From a virus: a stretch of 64,000 bases of DNA. The position numbers and the translations under genes are program-made. Below the pieces are notes generated by a model. It saw only the letters and a list, made by a program, of their open reading frames with translations, searched no databases and was not told the origin of the DNA. This document shows, one piece after another, positions 17,152 to 27,222 of the stretch. The stretch is taken from positions 1 through 64,000 of IMG/VR virus record IMGVR_UViG_3300048088_000314; one strand, given 5' to 3'. Positions within the stretch are counted from its first letter, which is position 1, and each line of letters begins with the position of its first letter.

Positions 17152-17682
17152 ATGTCAATGGCAAGATCCCGACACGATTCTCATGGCGGCATGCGGGCGG
17201 TCAGTGGGGGCTCCGAGCTCACCACGATGCCGGAAGGTATGCCGGGTGGCCAGGGCGACGCAGCCCCGGGGCATGACGGTTTCAAGCGCGGCGGCCACGA
17301 GGAGGGGAAGATGGAACACGAGAAGCACGGCGGCAAGTCCGATCACGACGCCGACGACATGAAGCGCGGCGGCCATGCCCGCGGCGGCAAGTCCGAGAGC
17401 GACGGCGAGCCCGAGAAGGAAGGCAAGGTCCAGGAATACAACGCCCAGGGCTCGAACGAGATGAAGGAGGCCAAGGACGAGACCCCCGAGTTCCGCAAGG
17501 GCGGCCGGCCGAAGCGCAAGAGCGGCGGCCACGCCGAGGGCAAAATGGAAGAGCGGCGCATGGATCGGCGCCCGCGGCGCGCAGCCGGCGGTCACACCCC
17601 GTACTCGAGCGCGTCGGCCTTCCGCGAGCCCGAATCCGGCAGCGCCGGTCGCGGATACGAGGGAACCGAACGCAAGACCTGA
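17152..17682 (+). CDS. charged low-complexity protein with repeated xxxGG motifs (putative internal head protein)
   Basis: FKRGG, MKRGG, HARGG, FRKGG, RKSGG, RAAGG. Confidence 0.65.
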   Translation: MSMARSRHDSHGGMRAVSGGSELTTMPEGMPGGQGDAAPGHDGFKRGGHEEGKMEHEKHGGKSDHDADDMKRGGHARGGKSESDGEPEKEGKVQEYNAQGSNEMKEAKDETPEFRKGGRPKRKSGGHAEGKMEERRMDRRPRRAAGGHTPYSSASAFREPESGSAGRGYEGTERKT

Positions 17683-17684
17683 TC

Positions 17685-18161
17685 GTGCCGATCGGTCGAG
17701 CGTCCATCCCTGATCTGACGCGGCCCGGCCTTACGGCTGGGCCGCGCGCACAACAGGAGACGGCGATGAGGCAGAAGCGGCCACTGATGCCGGGCGACGA
17801 AGGCGACGGCGTGCCGGAGGCCGAGAACGCACAGAAGCGCGGCGGCCGGCCGAAGCGCAAGACCGGGGGACATGCCGAAGGCCATCTCGAGGGTCATCGT
17901 GCGGACAGGCGCCCACGCAAGGCCGCTGGAGGCCACATAAACGCTGCAGAGCGACGGAAGCTGCCTTCGTCGGACTTCGCCCTTCCTGGCCACGGGGAAG
18001 GCCCGGAGGGCAAGGGAAGCGGCTCCTATCCAATCGATACGGAGGGACGCGCCAGAGACGCGATTTCTCGTGGCTCGGCCAACGCTTCGCCCTCGGAACT
18101 CGCGACCATCAAGCGCAAGGTGCACAGCAAGTACCCAGATATGGAGATCAGCGGGGAGTGA
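17685..18161 (+). CDS. xxxGG-motif protein with DUF6582-like C-terminal domain
   Basis: Shares GGRPKRK.GGHAEG with previous gene; RRKLPSSDFALP..YPID motif. Confidence 0.6.
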   Translation: MPIGRASIPDLTRPGLTAGPRAQQETAMRQKRPLMPGDEGDGVPEAENAQKRGGRPKRKTGGHAEGHLEGHRADRRPRKAAGGHINAAERRKLPSSDFALPGHGEGPEGKGSGSYPIDTEGRARDAISRGSANASPSELATIKRKVHSKYPDMEISGE

Positions 18162-18206
18162 CCGACTCCGCGCGGAGTCGGCGACCGACTGGCGAGGCTG
18201 TAGGCA

Positions 18207-19502
18207 ATGGCCGCAACCACAAGTGGGACGTATTCATTTTCGCCAAGCGTGGCGGAGTGCCTGCTCGAGGCGTTTGAGCGCATCCAGATATTCCCGCCGT
18301 CGCTGACGTCGACCCACATCATCTCGGGCCGGCGCTCGGCAAATCTGTTGCTGTCGGATTGGTCGGGGAACCACGGCGTCAATTTGTTTGCGGTCGACCA
18401 GATCGCGATCCCGCTCGTCCCCGGGAAGGCGCAGTACGACCTTCCGATCATCACGATGCAATTGCTCGATGTGTATCTGCGGCAGTACGTGCCGAACACA
18501 GGCGCGGCGATCAACCTCGGCCACACGCTTACGCCAGTGGGCCCGCCCGGCAATCCCCTCGTGGCTCAGCCGGAAGGCGATCCGCTTATCATCCAGCCCG
18601 CCTCGAACACGTTGTCGTCGGTCGCCGGCAGTGCGGACATTACGCTCAGATGGCCGAGCCACGGTCTTTCCCCGGGAGAACCGATATTCTGGGGATGCCC
18701 GGTCACGGTTGGCGGCCTGACGTTGTCGAGCTTCAGCATCGTCGACACCGTTATCGATATCGACCATGTCCAGTTCCTGGCGGGGTCTCCCGCGGTTGTC
18801 ACGCAGACCAATCAGGGCGGCACGCCGCTGTTCTCGACGAATGCCGGATCGCCCAACGTCGACGTGATCCTGCCAGGCCACGGCTTATCGGTGGGCGACT
18901 CCTGGCCGGTCTCGATCGCCATCAACATCGGCGGCTTCACGATCGCCGCGAACACCAGCGAGACCGTGACCGCGGTGGCGTCGTCCTACCAATTCAGCTT
19001 CCAGCCCGGCGGCAATGCGTCGTCGACCCAGTCGATCTTCCAGAATGGGGGGCAGATCAACGTCACGTCGCAGGCTACGACCTCGGGCCAGCCCGAGCCG
19101 CAGGACATCCTGATGTTCCCCCTCAGCCGCAACGATTACGCGGCGATCCCGCAGAAGTTCGTCGCAGGGCGCCCGACGAGCTACTGGTTCAATCGCATCA
19201 AGTCCCCAAACTTCAGCATCTATCCGCTGGTGCAGCAGGGCTTCTTCTACGGCTTCGTCGCCTACCGGCTACGCCAGATCCAGGACGCCAACCCGACTCT
19301 GGGGCAGATCCCGGACATGCCCAACCGCTTCTGGGAGCCCTTCATCGCCGGGCTCTCCGCCAAGGTGGCCGAGAAATTCCGCCCAGAGGTCCACGCGACC
19401 AAGCTCGGGCTCGCCTCGGCCGCATGGGAACAGGCCGCCTACGCGGACGTTGAGCATGCTACAATGAACGTCAAGCCCAATTTCGCGGGCTATTTCAGGT
19501 AG
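18207..19502 (+). CDS. head-tail adaptor / tail tubular-type protein with beta-rich insertion
   Basis: TSGTYSF..EAFERI..RRSANLLLSDW N-terminus; SRNDYAAIP..GRPTSYWFNR C-terminus. Confidence 0.65.
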   Translation: MAATTSGTYSFSPSVAECLLEAFERIQIFPPSLTSTHIISGRRSANLLLSDWSGNHGVNLFAVDQIAIPLVPGKAQYDLPIITMQLLDVYLRQYVPNTGAAINLGHTLTPVGPPGNPLVAQPEGDPLIIQPASNTLSSVAGSADITLRWPSHGLSPGEPIFWGCPVTVGGLTLSSFSIVDTVIDIDHVQFLAGSPAVVTQTNQGGTPLFSTNAGSPNVDVILPGHGLSVGDSWPVSIAINIGGFTIAANTSETVTAVASSYQFSFQPGGNASSTQSIFQNGGQINVTSQATTSGQPEPQDILMFPLSRNDYAAIPQKFVAGRPTSYWFNRIKSPNFSIYPLVQQGFFYGFVAYRLRQIQDANPTLGQIPDMPNRFWEPFIAGLSAKVAEKFRPEVHATKLGLASAAWEQAAYADVEHATMNVKPNFAGYFR

Positions 19503-19523
19503 AACATGGGAAAGGCGTGAGCG

Positions 19524-19856
19524 ATGGCCCCGCCGCATAATAAGTTCGCTCCGGTTAACATTAGGTCGCCTGAGCCCGCAGGGATTTGCCAAAGGTGCGG
19601 ATTTTTGTACCATCTTTCCGATCTATCGTGGCAATACCAGTGGGCAGGTCCGAGCCTTGTCAACTTTAGACTGTTGGTCTGTTACCGCACGTGTCTCGAC
19701 GTCCCGAACGAGCAATTGAGGACGATTATTATCGGGCCGGATCCAGTGCCTCCCAAGTTCCCGTCGCCGACCTTTTACGCCCAGCAGAATCAGGGCGGGG
19801 TTCCGGGGCCGGGGACTTTCCCGCCGCTGCCTGACGATCCGCCGCCTGGACCCTGA
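19524..19856 (+). CDS. small Zn-finger-like phage tail-module protein
   Basis: CQRCGF..LLVCYRTCLD. Confidence 0.65.
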   Translation: MAPPHNKFAPVNIRSPEPAGICQRCGFLYHLSDLSWQYQWAGPSLVNFRLLVCYRTCLDVPNEQLRTIIIGPDPVPPKFPSPTFYAQQNQGGVPGPGTFPPLPDDPPPGP

Positions 19857-19922
19857 CCTCTCCCCCCTAGAATTGAACAGTCGCGCCGTGTAGATTGGTG
19901 CCTCCGATTGAGGGGGTATCCG

Positions 19923-21794
19923 ATGCGCGTTCTGCTCGCTCTGCTGCTTGCGCTGGGATTGGCGGTCGGAGGGCCAGCGGATGCGGCCTCGACCTTTGGC
20001 GGGCTTCCCGCGGCGACTCAGCCCCTTGGGAACGTTCCGACCTACGTCCCGATGGACCAGGGGACGGATTGCACGGCAGGGACGCCGGCGCATTGCAGCA
20101 CGGTCCAATCCGATGCGCTGCGGCTCGGCCAGCCTATTCAGACGACGTGCTCGTCGGTCGTAACGCCCTTCCTGTACCAGGAGTGCATCGATACCTCGGT
20201 AACGCCGCGGCAGTTAAAGATCTGGCTCGGATCGCAGTGGGTCGAGATTTTTTCCTACGACACGTCGGCACAGACGGTCGCCTTTCCCAACGTCCCGATC
20301 TCGATCAATAACGGGAACGTCAGCATCAACAGCAACAGCTTCTGCGGCACGGTCGTTGCCATGGGCGGCAACGTGCAATCGAGCTTCACGGTCGCCGCGG
20401 CTTCGGGGTTCAATGCCGGCTGCCGGATCATCATTTCGAATATCGATTCCCAGCCGGCCACATATCCGACCGCTGGTGGCCATGCCAAGATCGCGTCCGG
20501 CATTACGCTTCCCACGGGATATCTTGGGAACAACCTGCTTTATCCGCGCTCGTCGGTCACGATCACCCAAATCAATAATGCGTGGGTCGTGTCGTCGGCG
20601 AACCTCCGGTACAAGCCCCTTCCCGCTCAGCCGTTGACGGTCTACGTGGACCCGCTCAACGGGTCGGATAACAACGACGGGTTCTCGGTTTCGACGGCAA
20701 TGAAGAATCCGACTACATGCTACTATCGGGCGCTGGCTGATTTCGACTTCAATAGCAACGATCCTGCCGAGACCTGCGACATCATCAATGACAGTGTCGA
20801 CAATACCTCGGGGTGCATGCACCTTTCCGCCGATGGCTTTGTGGGGGCGCAGGGCGGCGCGCAGTTCATTTTCGACGGGTTCGATCCGGTCAATGCCGTC
20901 AACCGCAAACTCACTTGTACCGGCAACGCGCCATTTCAAGTCTTCCTCTATACCGACATCAATATGCGACGCATTACGCTGTCGTCAGATGCGGCTTGCA
21001 TAACGGCGGGCTATAAATCGATAGTAAATATACTGGACGGGGTTATCTTCAACGGCTGTGGTACGACCGGGGCGATCGTCATTTCGGAGGACGCCCTTGT
21101 GTTCATCACGAATGACATCACGATAAATTCTCCATACGCATATTTTATCAATAGTGCGGGTGGTCGCATCACCACCGGAGTTGTAACGATCCACGGTGGC
21201 TCCAATGCAGGGACGACCTTTGTAGGTTCTTCCACAAATGGGACTGTTGACCTCAGAGCGGTATCGTTTTCAGGGTTCGCTTTTACCGGCCAGCACTGCT
21301 CCGCCGCTAGCGGCGGCCGCGTACTCACGGTTACCGGAAATGCCGATACCGATCTCCCGGGGACTACTATCTCAACGACCAGCAATGGCGGCTGGTGCGG
21401 TAATCAATCTCTGGGAGCGGGAGTCACATCGTTCCTTAAACAGGCGACCTACGACCTCACCACGGCGAGCGGCACGCAAGCCTTGACGGGCTTCGGGTTC
21501 AAACCCAGCGCCTGTCATTTCAAGGGAACAGTTATCGGAAGCGCGGTCGGCTCCTATACGACTTACGGTGGCGATGTCGACAGTGCGGGAAATCAGTCCG
21601 CAGTCTACGCGGGCGGTGGCGCTACAAACACCTACGACAATAGCTCCGTTATGGTTGCGGTTAATGCTGCGGCTACCGCCACTCAGGTCGCGAAGGTGCA
21701 ATCCTTCGATACGGATGGCCTCACACTCTCCTGGACGAAGGTAAGCACGCCAACAGTCGGGACATTCAATTTCTCGGCCATGTGCCTCAAGTAG
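19923..21794 (+). CDS. tail fibre/spike-like protein with N-terminal signal peptide
   Basis: Beta-rich, YVDPLNGSDNNDG motif, Cys-rich, hydrophobic leader ending ADA. Confidence 0.6.
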   Translation: MRVLLALLLALGLAVGGPADAASTFGGLPAATQPLGNVPTYVPMDQGTDCTAGTPAHCSTVQSDALRLGQPIQTTCSSVVTPFLYQECIDTSVTPRQLKIWLGSQWVEIFSYDTSAQTVAFPNVPISINNGNVSINSNSFCGTVVAMGGNVQSSFTVAAASGFNAGCRIIISNIDSQPATYPTAGGHAKIASGITLPTGYLGNNLLYPRSSVTITQINNAWVVSSANLRYKPLPAQPLTVYVDPLNGSDNNDGFSVSTAMKNPTTCYYRALADFDFNSNDPAETCDIINDSVDNTSGCMHLSADGFVGAQGGAQFIFDGFDPVNAVNRKLTCTGNAPFQVFLYTDINMRRITLSSDAACITAGYKSIVNILDGVIFNGCGTTGAIVISEDALVFITNDITINSPYAYFINSAGGRITTGVVTIHGGSNAGTTFVGSSTNGTVDLRAVSFSGFAFTGQHCSAASGGRVLTVTGNADTDLPGTTISTTSNGGWCGNQSLGAGVTSFLKQATYDLTTASGTQALTGFGFKPSACHFKGTVIGSAVGSYTTYGGDVDSAGNQSAVYAGGGATNTYDNSSVMVAVNAAATATQVAKVQSFDTDGLTLSWTKVSTPTVGTFNFSAMCLK

Positions 21795-21806
21795 ATAGGC
21801 TGAGCC

Positions 21807-22619
21807 ATGGACTACGATGGTTACACCGCGGCGATGCAGCAACTGCTGACGACGACGGACGCCAGCGGTCAAGCGATCCTGGCGGCGACGATCGGCACGA
21901 TTATCCAGTTCGCCGAGAACATGATCTACCGCGAGCCGGAGTTTGATTTCCTGGCGACCCGCTCGGTCGATCGCACACAGATCATCACCGCGGGAAGCCG
22001 CACGGTCCCGATGGCCGAGCAGTTAATCGTCCTTCAAGAGGTCAATCTGATCACCCCGGCCGGCGCTGTTATCGGCACCACTGCAGGCTGGCGCCGTTTG
22101 CGGTTGCTGCGCACCAATCGGGATTTTCTCGACATCATCTGGCCAGTGGTCGACGAGACCCAGACGCCCAAGGAATTTGAGACCTACTGGGCGATCTATA
22201 GCGAGCAGGAGAGCGTCGGCGACGAGCCGCCCAACATTCTCCTTCCGGACACCATCATCGTGGCCCCCACGGTGGACGGTTCCTATCAGGTCGAGCAGCT
22301 TGGGATCTTCCAGCCCGAGCCATTGTCGGCAACGAATCCCCAGACCTTCCTCACCGCGTTCTATCCCGACCTGTTCCTCGCGGCGTCGATGTTCTTCGCC
22401 ACCGGCATCGTGCTGAAGAACTTTGGTCTCCAGGCCGACAACCCACAGCAGGCGATCTCCTGGAAGGGTGTTTATGACGCCATCAAGACCGGCGTCGAGA
22501 TCCAGAGCGCGCGGCAGAAGGCGCACGTTGAGGGCTTCTCATCGTGGCCGTCGCTGCCGGCGAATATCCAGCAGCTTCAGGCGATGGCTGCTGCCGCGCA
22601 ACAGCCGTCCGCACAATAG
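21807..22619 (+). CDS. tail adaptor / tubular protein A-like
   Basis: IQFAENMIYR..VAPTVD..LSATNPQTFL..YPDLFLAASM. Confidence 0.65.
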   Translation: MDYDGYTAAMQQLLTTTDASGQAILAATIGTIIQFAENMIYREPEFDFLATRSVDRTQIITAGSRTVPMAEQLIVLQEVNLITPAGAVIGTTAGWRRLRLLRTNRDFLDIIWPVVDETQTPKEFETYWAIYSEQESVGDEPPNILLPDTIIVAPTVDGSYQVEQLGIFQPEPLSATNPQTFLTAFYPDLFLAASMFFATGIVLKNFGLQADNPQQAISWKGVYDAIKTGVEIQSARQKAHVEGFSSWPSLPANIQQLQAMAAAAQQPSAQ

Positions 22620-22621
22620 CG

Positions 22622-24465
22622 ATGAGCACGATCCGCCTTCAGTTCACGCCTGGCGTGGACGTGGAGTCATCCCAAACCGCGAGTAGAGGGGGGTGGAACG
22701 CGTGTAACTTGTGCCGCTGGACGATGAGTTTCTTAGAAAAAATTAGGGGATGGGTCCACATAACGACCGTGGCGATGGTCGGCGTGTGCCGGGAAATCCA
22801 CTACTGGGCGGATCTGGTAAGCCAGCCTTGGATCGGTGCGGGGACCAACTCAAAGCTCTACGTCGAGCAGAGCGGCCAGCTTTTCGATATCACGCCCACT
22901 TTCGGGTTCACTCCGGGGAAGGTGTCGAGCGGGGCTATGCCGTTCTCGTTGCTGATCTGGTCGATCGACAATTTCGGCCAGGATGGACTCATGGTTCCAT
23001 CCGGCCAGGGGCTGTTTTCCTGGACGCCGCCGGTTTCCCCCGCGCTTCCTACCCCTGCGGTTCTTGTTGCTAACGTCCCGGCGCTACTCATCGGCGCCCT
23101 CATTACGCCGGCGCTCGCCACGTGGCATCTCATCCACAATGGCGGCTTTACGATCACGATCAACGGTGTGGTGACCTCGATCACCGGCCTTAACTTTGCG
23201 GCCATCACCGGCCTCGCAGATGCCGTTACGATTATCCAGGGTGCGCTTGGGGGCGCGGTGGTGGTCAGCGGTACGGTAGCGCCGACTGGCCAGTGGCAAA
23301 TCTCAATCCAGACCGTCCTCGAGACCTCGGCGGCAACTTTGTCTTTCGCGACGGGGCCGACGAGCGGGTTCGACATCTCTACCTTCCTGGGATTGACCTT
23401 CAACACGGCGATAAGCCTGCGCACCCAGGGCGGCGGAGCGCCGCCGCATAATCAAGGTCTCCTCGTCACGATGCCGCAGCAGATCGTGATGGCATTCGGG
23501 TCGTCGCCTGACGGAGGAAGCGCGATCGACCCGCTGTTGATCCGCTGGTCGGACCAAAGCGACGGCTCCCACGTGGCGACCGCATCATTGGTGCGATCCA
23601 GGCCGGCGTCGCGACCTACCTGTGGACGGAGTACGAGTTCTGGACGGCGCAATACAGCGGCTTCCCGTTTGTTTTTGGCTTCTTCCAGCAGGGGGCTTCG
23701 TGCGGCCTGATCGCTCAGAATGCGATAATCAGCCTCGGGACCACGACCTACTGGATGGGAGATCATGGTTTCTTTCTGACGACCGGATCCGGCTTCCAGC
23801 AGATCCCGTGCTCGGTGTGGGACTACGTCTACCTCGACCTCGACCTCCCGAACGCGGACAAGTGCTTCGCCGGGGCCGACTACCATTTCCGTGAGATTTT
23901 CTTCTTCTTCCCGTCGAAGAGCGGAGGCACCGGTGAGATCGACTCCTATGTCAAATTCAACACGATGGAGAACCTGTGGGATACTGGCCGCCTGGTGCGC
24001 ACCGCTTGGGACGATCTGAACCCCGGCACGCCGATCGCAATCGACGTCAATGGTATCTTCCAGCGCCACGACCAAGGGCACGACGCGGACGGTCAGCCGA
24101 TGACCGGCGTCAGCGCGACGACAGGTTTCCTGGACATGACGGACGGCGCAGACATCGTGGTCGCCAAGCGGGTGATCCCGGACAATGTCTGGGAGGGAGC
24201 GAACCCCTCCTATAACCTGTCGATGCTGATCCGCTCATTTCCAGGGGATACGATCATCAAGTGCGGACCCTTCGAGGTCACGCCGGATACCGACTACATC
24301 ACGCTCAGCACCGAGGTTCCACCATTGAGCGGCGTGGGCCCTAACGTCCTGGTGCCGGGCGTGCGGGGTCGGGAGATCGCTTTCCTGATCGAGTGCGATA
24401 CGCTCGATACGTGGTTCCGGTTCTGCACGCCCCGGCTACTTGTTCAGGCCGATGGCGTTCTCTAG
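22622..24465 (+). pseudogene. tail tubular protein B / nozzle-like gene, frameshifted at about 23563
   Basis: First frame reads to IRWSDQSD; -1 frame continues RLPRGDRIIGAIQ...CGLI...YWMG into ORF 23755-24465. Confidence 0.65.
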
Positions 24466-24504
24466 GCGCTGACTCCGCGCGGAGTCGGCCGGAAGGATCT
24501 AAAT

Positions 24505-25257
24505 ATGGCAGGCGGCGCGGGAAGTTTCGGCACGCCTCCGGGAGGCCCAAAGAAAGGCGGTCCGGTTGCCGATTACCTGGGGCAGCCACCCAACCCGCCG
24601 GGCGCCGGCCTCGACATCACGTCGCTTCAGTTATTGATACAGGCCTGGTCGACGAACACCCAGACGCTGGCGAACCTCGTTCAACAGCTTGCAACCACGG
24701 TAAACGGCGACGTCACAGGCTCTCTGCCGGGGCCGCTCTCGGTCGTTTCTACGCACTTGGTCGCTCCGCTGCCCCTCGCCCAGGGGGGGACCAACAACGC
24801 CACAGGGCAGCCTTCCGGTGCCGCCGGCGGTCGTCTCTCGGGGAACTATCCCAGTCCAGGGCTGGCCGCGCCGAGCGATTGGGCATTGCTCAGCTTCGTG
24901 GCTCTCGGCGTCGATTTCAATGTTCCCAACAACGATACCCAGATCCCGCTCACCTTCCCGCCCGGGAGAACGCGATATAAGATCAACCTCTTGGTAATCT
25001 CGGGCGCGAGCGGAACGCTAACGACGGCGACTTGCGGTCTATTCACTGCAGCCGGGGGCGGAGGGACGGCGATTATTGCCGGGGGGACGGCGATCACCGT
25101 CACCACGGCGGCGGATGCGACGGCGAATAATATGCAGCAGATCTCAGGCAGCACAATCATTAGCGCCACGGCAACCCCGCTCTTTTTCCGGGTAGGCACG
25201 GCCGAGGGCGTTCCAGCCACGGCCAATGTAGAGCTTCTCGTCACTTTCCTTCCCTAA
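24505..25257 (+). CDS. virion/tail protein
   Basis: Gly/Thr/Ala-rich; GDVTGSLP, LPLAQGGT and GGRLSGNYPSP fibre-like motifs. Confidence 0.6.
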   Translation: MAGGAGSFGTPPGGPKKGGPVADYLGQPPNPPGAGLDITSLQLLIQAWSTNTQTLANLVQQLATTVNGDVTGSLPGPLSVVSTHLVAPLPLAQGGTNNATGQPSGAAGGRLSGNYPSPGLAAPSDWALLSFVALGVDFNVPNNDTQIPLTFPPGRTRYKINLLVISGASGTLTTATCGLFTAAGGGGTAIIAGGTAITVTTAADATANNMQQISGSTIISATATPLFFRVGTAEGVPATANVELLVTFLP

Positions 25258-25296
25258 TTCCAAATCAGGTGTATCCTCCGCGCGGGAGGGCCAGGT

Positions 25297-25557
25297 ATGG
25301 CGACACTGATGGAGATTATGGGCCAGGCCTACCATCGCACCCAGGTTGCCGCCGATCGACGTGGCGCGATTCAGATGATGCGGGATGCTTTCCTGGCCGA
25401 TGAAAAGCTGAAGCAGCAAGCCGAGGCAGAGCTCGACAGGATCGACGCCATGCACGCAATGCCCGGCAGCCGCTTCCAGATGTCGGTGGGGGGCCGGACG
25501 ACCTGCCACGTGACCTCGGTGCAGCGGGACTTGCTGAAGGCCGTCCTGGGCCGATGA
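25297..25557 (+). CDS. hypothetical protein
   Basis: GGAGG RBS; start of translationally coupled cluster. Confidence 0.55.
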   Translation: MATLMEIMGQAYHRTQVAADRRGAIQMMRDAFLADEKLKQQAEAELDRIDAMHAMPGSRFQMSVGGRTTCHVTSVQRDLLKAVLGR

Positions 25558-25970
25558 GCGCGAGGCAGATCAAGGCGACCACGACGGGTGCCATGTGGGC
25601 ACAGGCTCTCGACGTGGCATGCGATTGGTACAACGATGCCCCGACGCCTGCGCAGGTGGCCGATGTTCTGATCATCGACCATCCCCATCTCGAGCGGCAC
25701 CGAGCTTTCCTTGTCGACGTAGCGGGCGCGGCCTTGGTCGAGCGCGGGAAACTGATCGCCTTTCTCCGCGAAGGCGCGAAGGATATACTCAGGATCGACC
25801 CGAACCTCCCGGTGTCGCTGATCCAGCGGGTGTTCTCCGGCTGGCGTGGAGAGCGCGATCGTATCCGGGAGATCCTCGCGTTCAACGGAGTGCACGATGG
25901 CCAACGAATTGACCCCGCAGCCCGGCATGACGGTGATCGCGCCGTACCTGCAGCAGCACGGGCGCAATAG
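25554..25970 (+). CDS. hypothetical protein
   Basis: ATGA overlap. Confidence 0.5.
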   Translation: MSARQIKATTTGAMWAQALDVACDWYNDAPTPAQVADVLIIDHPHLERHRAFLVDVAGAALVERGKLIAFLREGAKDILRIDPNLPVSLIQRVFSGWRGERDRIREILAFNGVHDGQRIDPAARHDGDRAVPAAARAQ

Positions 25971-26379
25971 CCCCAAGGTCGACGGCTTCCTGACGGTCAA
26001 CGTCCCCGGCGAGATCCTCCGGTTCAAGGTGATGAAGGTCATCACCAACGACCTTGTCGAGGGCGAGCTTCTCTCGGTCCCGATGGGGCGCAACCCCGAG
26101 AACCTGCACAAGGGCGACATCGTCACGGTGCACCGGACGGTTGGCGACCATGGCATCGAAGCCTGGAATCTCCTGACCGAGCGCGAGGTCCAGCAGAACA
26201 TCCGGCGCCATCAACTCGAGCAGGAGCAGGCCGAGGCAGCCGCGGCCAAGGAGCGCGAGCGCATCCAGGCGATCCGCGACCGTGATCTGGCGCAGCAGGC
26301 GGCCGAGGCGAAGCCGAAGCGGACGGCAGCGAAGAAGCCCGTGTCACGGCGCCGCGCCACGGCGAAGAGGAAGGCGTAA
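25897..26379 (+). CDS. hypothetical protein with basic C-terminus
   Basis: GGAG RBS before ATG 25897. Confidence 0.6.
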   Translation: MANELTPQPGMTVIAPYLQQHGRNSPKVDGFLTVNVPGEILRFKVMKVITNDLVEGELLSVPMGRNPENLHKGDIVTVHRTVGDHGIEAWNLLTEREVQQNIRRHQLEQEQAEAAAAKERERIQAIRDRDLAQQAAEAKPKRTAAKKPVSRRRATAKRKA

Positions 26380-26720
26380 TGGCGATCCAGGGCGCAGGCG
26401 ACATTTCGCCGGCAGCACTAGCGGCGCTGATGGCGCGCAGAGAAGCCGAAGCGATGGAGTGCCTGCACACCGGAGATTACGTGGCATCGCGATCGTTCTC
26501 GAACCGCGCGGAGGACATGAAGCCGCTGAGCGCGGCCGACCTAGACACCCTCGCTCGGGCAGTTCGGCAGCCACTCCCGGCACCTGCTCCGCAGGTAATC
26601 CGCTGGAGCGAGGTCGGCGACTTCACGGACTGGACTCCGCGCGGAGACGGCGTCGCCAAGCTGGAGGATCCCGAGCCCGACATCTTGGGTATTATCAGAG
26701 CCGTAGCACGAGGTTACTAA
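26379..26720 (+). CDS. hypothetical protein
   Basis: TAATG coupling; ends EPDILGIIRAVARGY. Confidence 0.6.
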   Translation: MAIQGAGDISPAALAALMARREAEAMECLHTGDYVASRSFSNRAEDMKPLSAADLDTLARAVRQPLPAPAPQVIRWSEVGDFTDWTPRGDGVAKLEDPEPDILGIIRAVARGY

Positions 26721-26998
26721 TGGCCAATTCGATAGAGGACGATCTGGTGGACGCCTTGCTCGCCGATATCGAAACTCTCATCGCCGAGCGGGATGAGGCA
26801 GATGAGCCATTGGTAGAAATCCTCGGGACGATGCTTGACGCAGGGGCGTTCGCGGGATTTCCCGGAGGAATCTCACGAGTGAGGCATCCGGTTCTTCTGG
26901 ACTCGATGATTAAGTATCAGGCGAGCGGTGACATTGAGCTATTCCCCGCAGAGCCTGACATCCTGGCCATCACCCGAACCGTAGCGCGGGGCTCGTGA
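26720..26998 (+). CDS. hypothetical protein
   Basis: TAATG coupling; ends EPDILAITRTVARGS. Confidence 0.6.
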   Translation: MANSIEDDLVDALLADIETLIAERDEADEPLVEILGTMLDAGAFAGFPGGISRVRHPVLLDSMIKYQASGDIELFPAEPDILAITRTVARGS

Positions 26999-27222
26999 TG
27001 GACACCGCTGTTTGCGCCCTCTTTGCGAAGTCCTGGCCGAGCGAGGAACGGGGAGTTCCGATCACCGTGGACATTCAAGGTGTCGACGGAGTCTGGCGCA
27101 CCGAGCGGATGGTGGCTCCGGGATTCAGCACCAGCCAAGGCATTCGGTTCAGGATCCGCGACTTGGCCGCGCAGCCTGACCTGGGACTGCCGGGCGTGCG
27201 CGTTCACGAAGCGAGGCGATGA
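26995..27222 (+). CDS. hypothetical protein
   Basis: Overlap-coupled ORF. Confidence 0.5.
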   Translation: MMDTAVCALFAKSWPSEERGVPITVDIQGVDGVWRTERMVAPGFSTSQGIRFRIRDLAAQPDLGLPGVRVHEARR

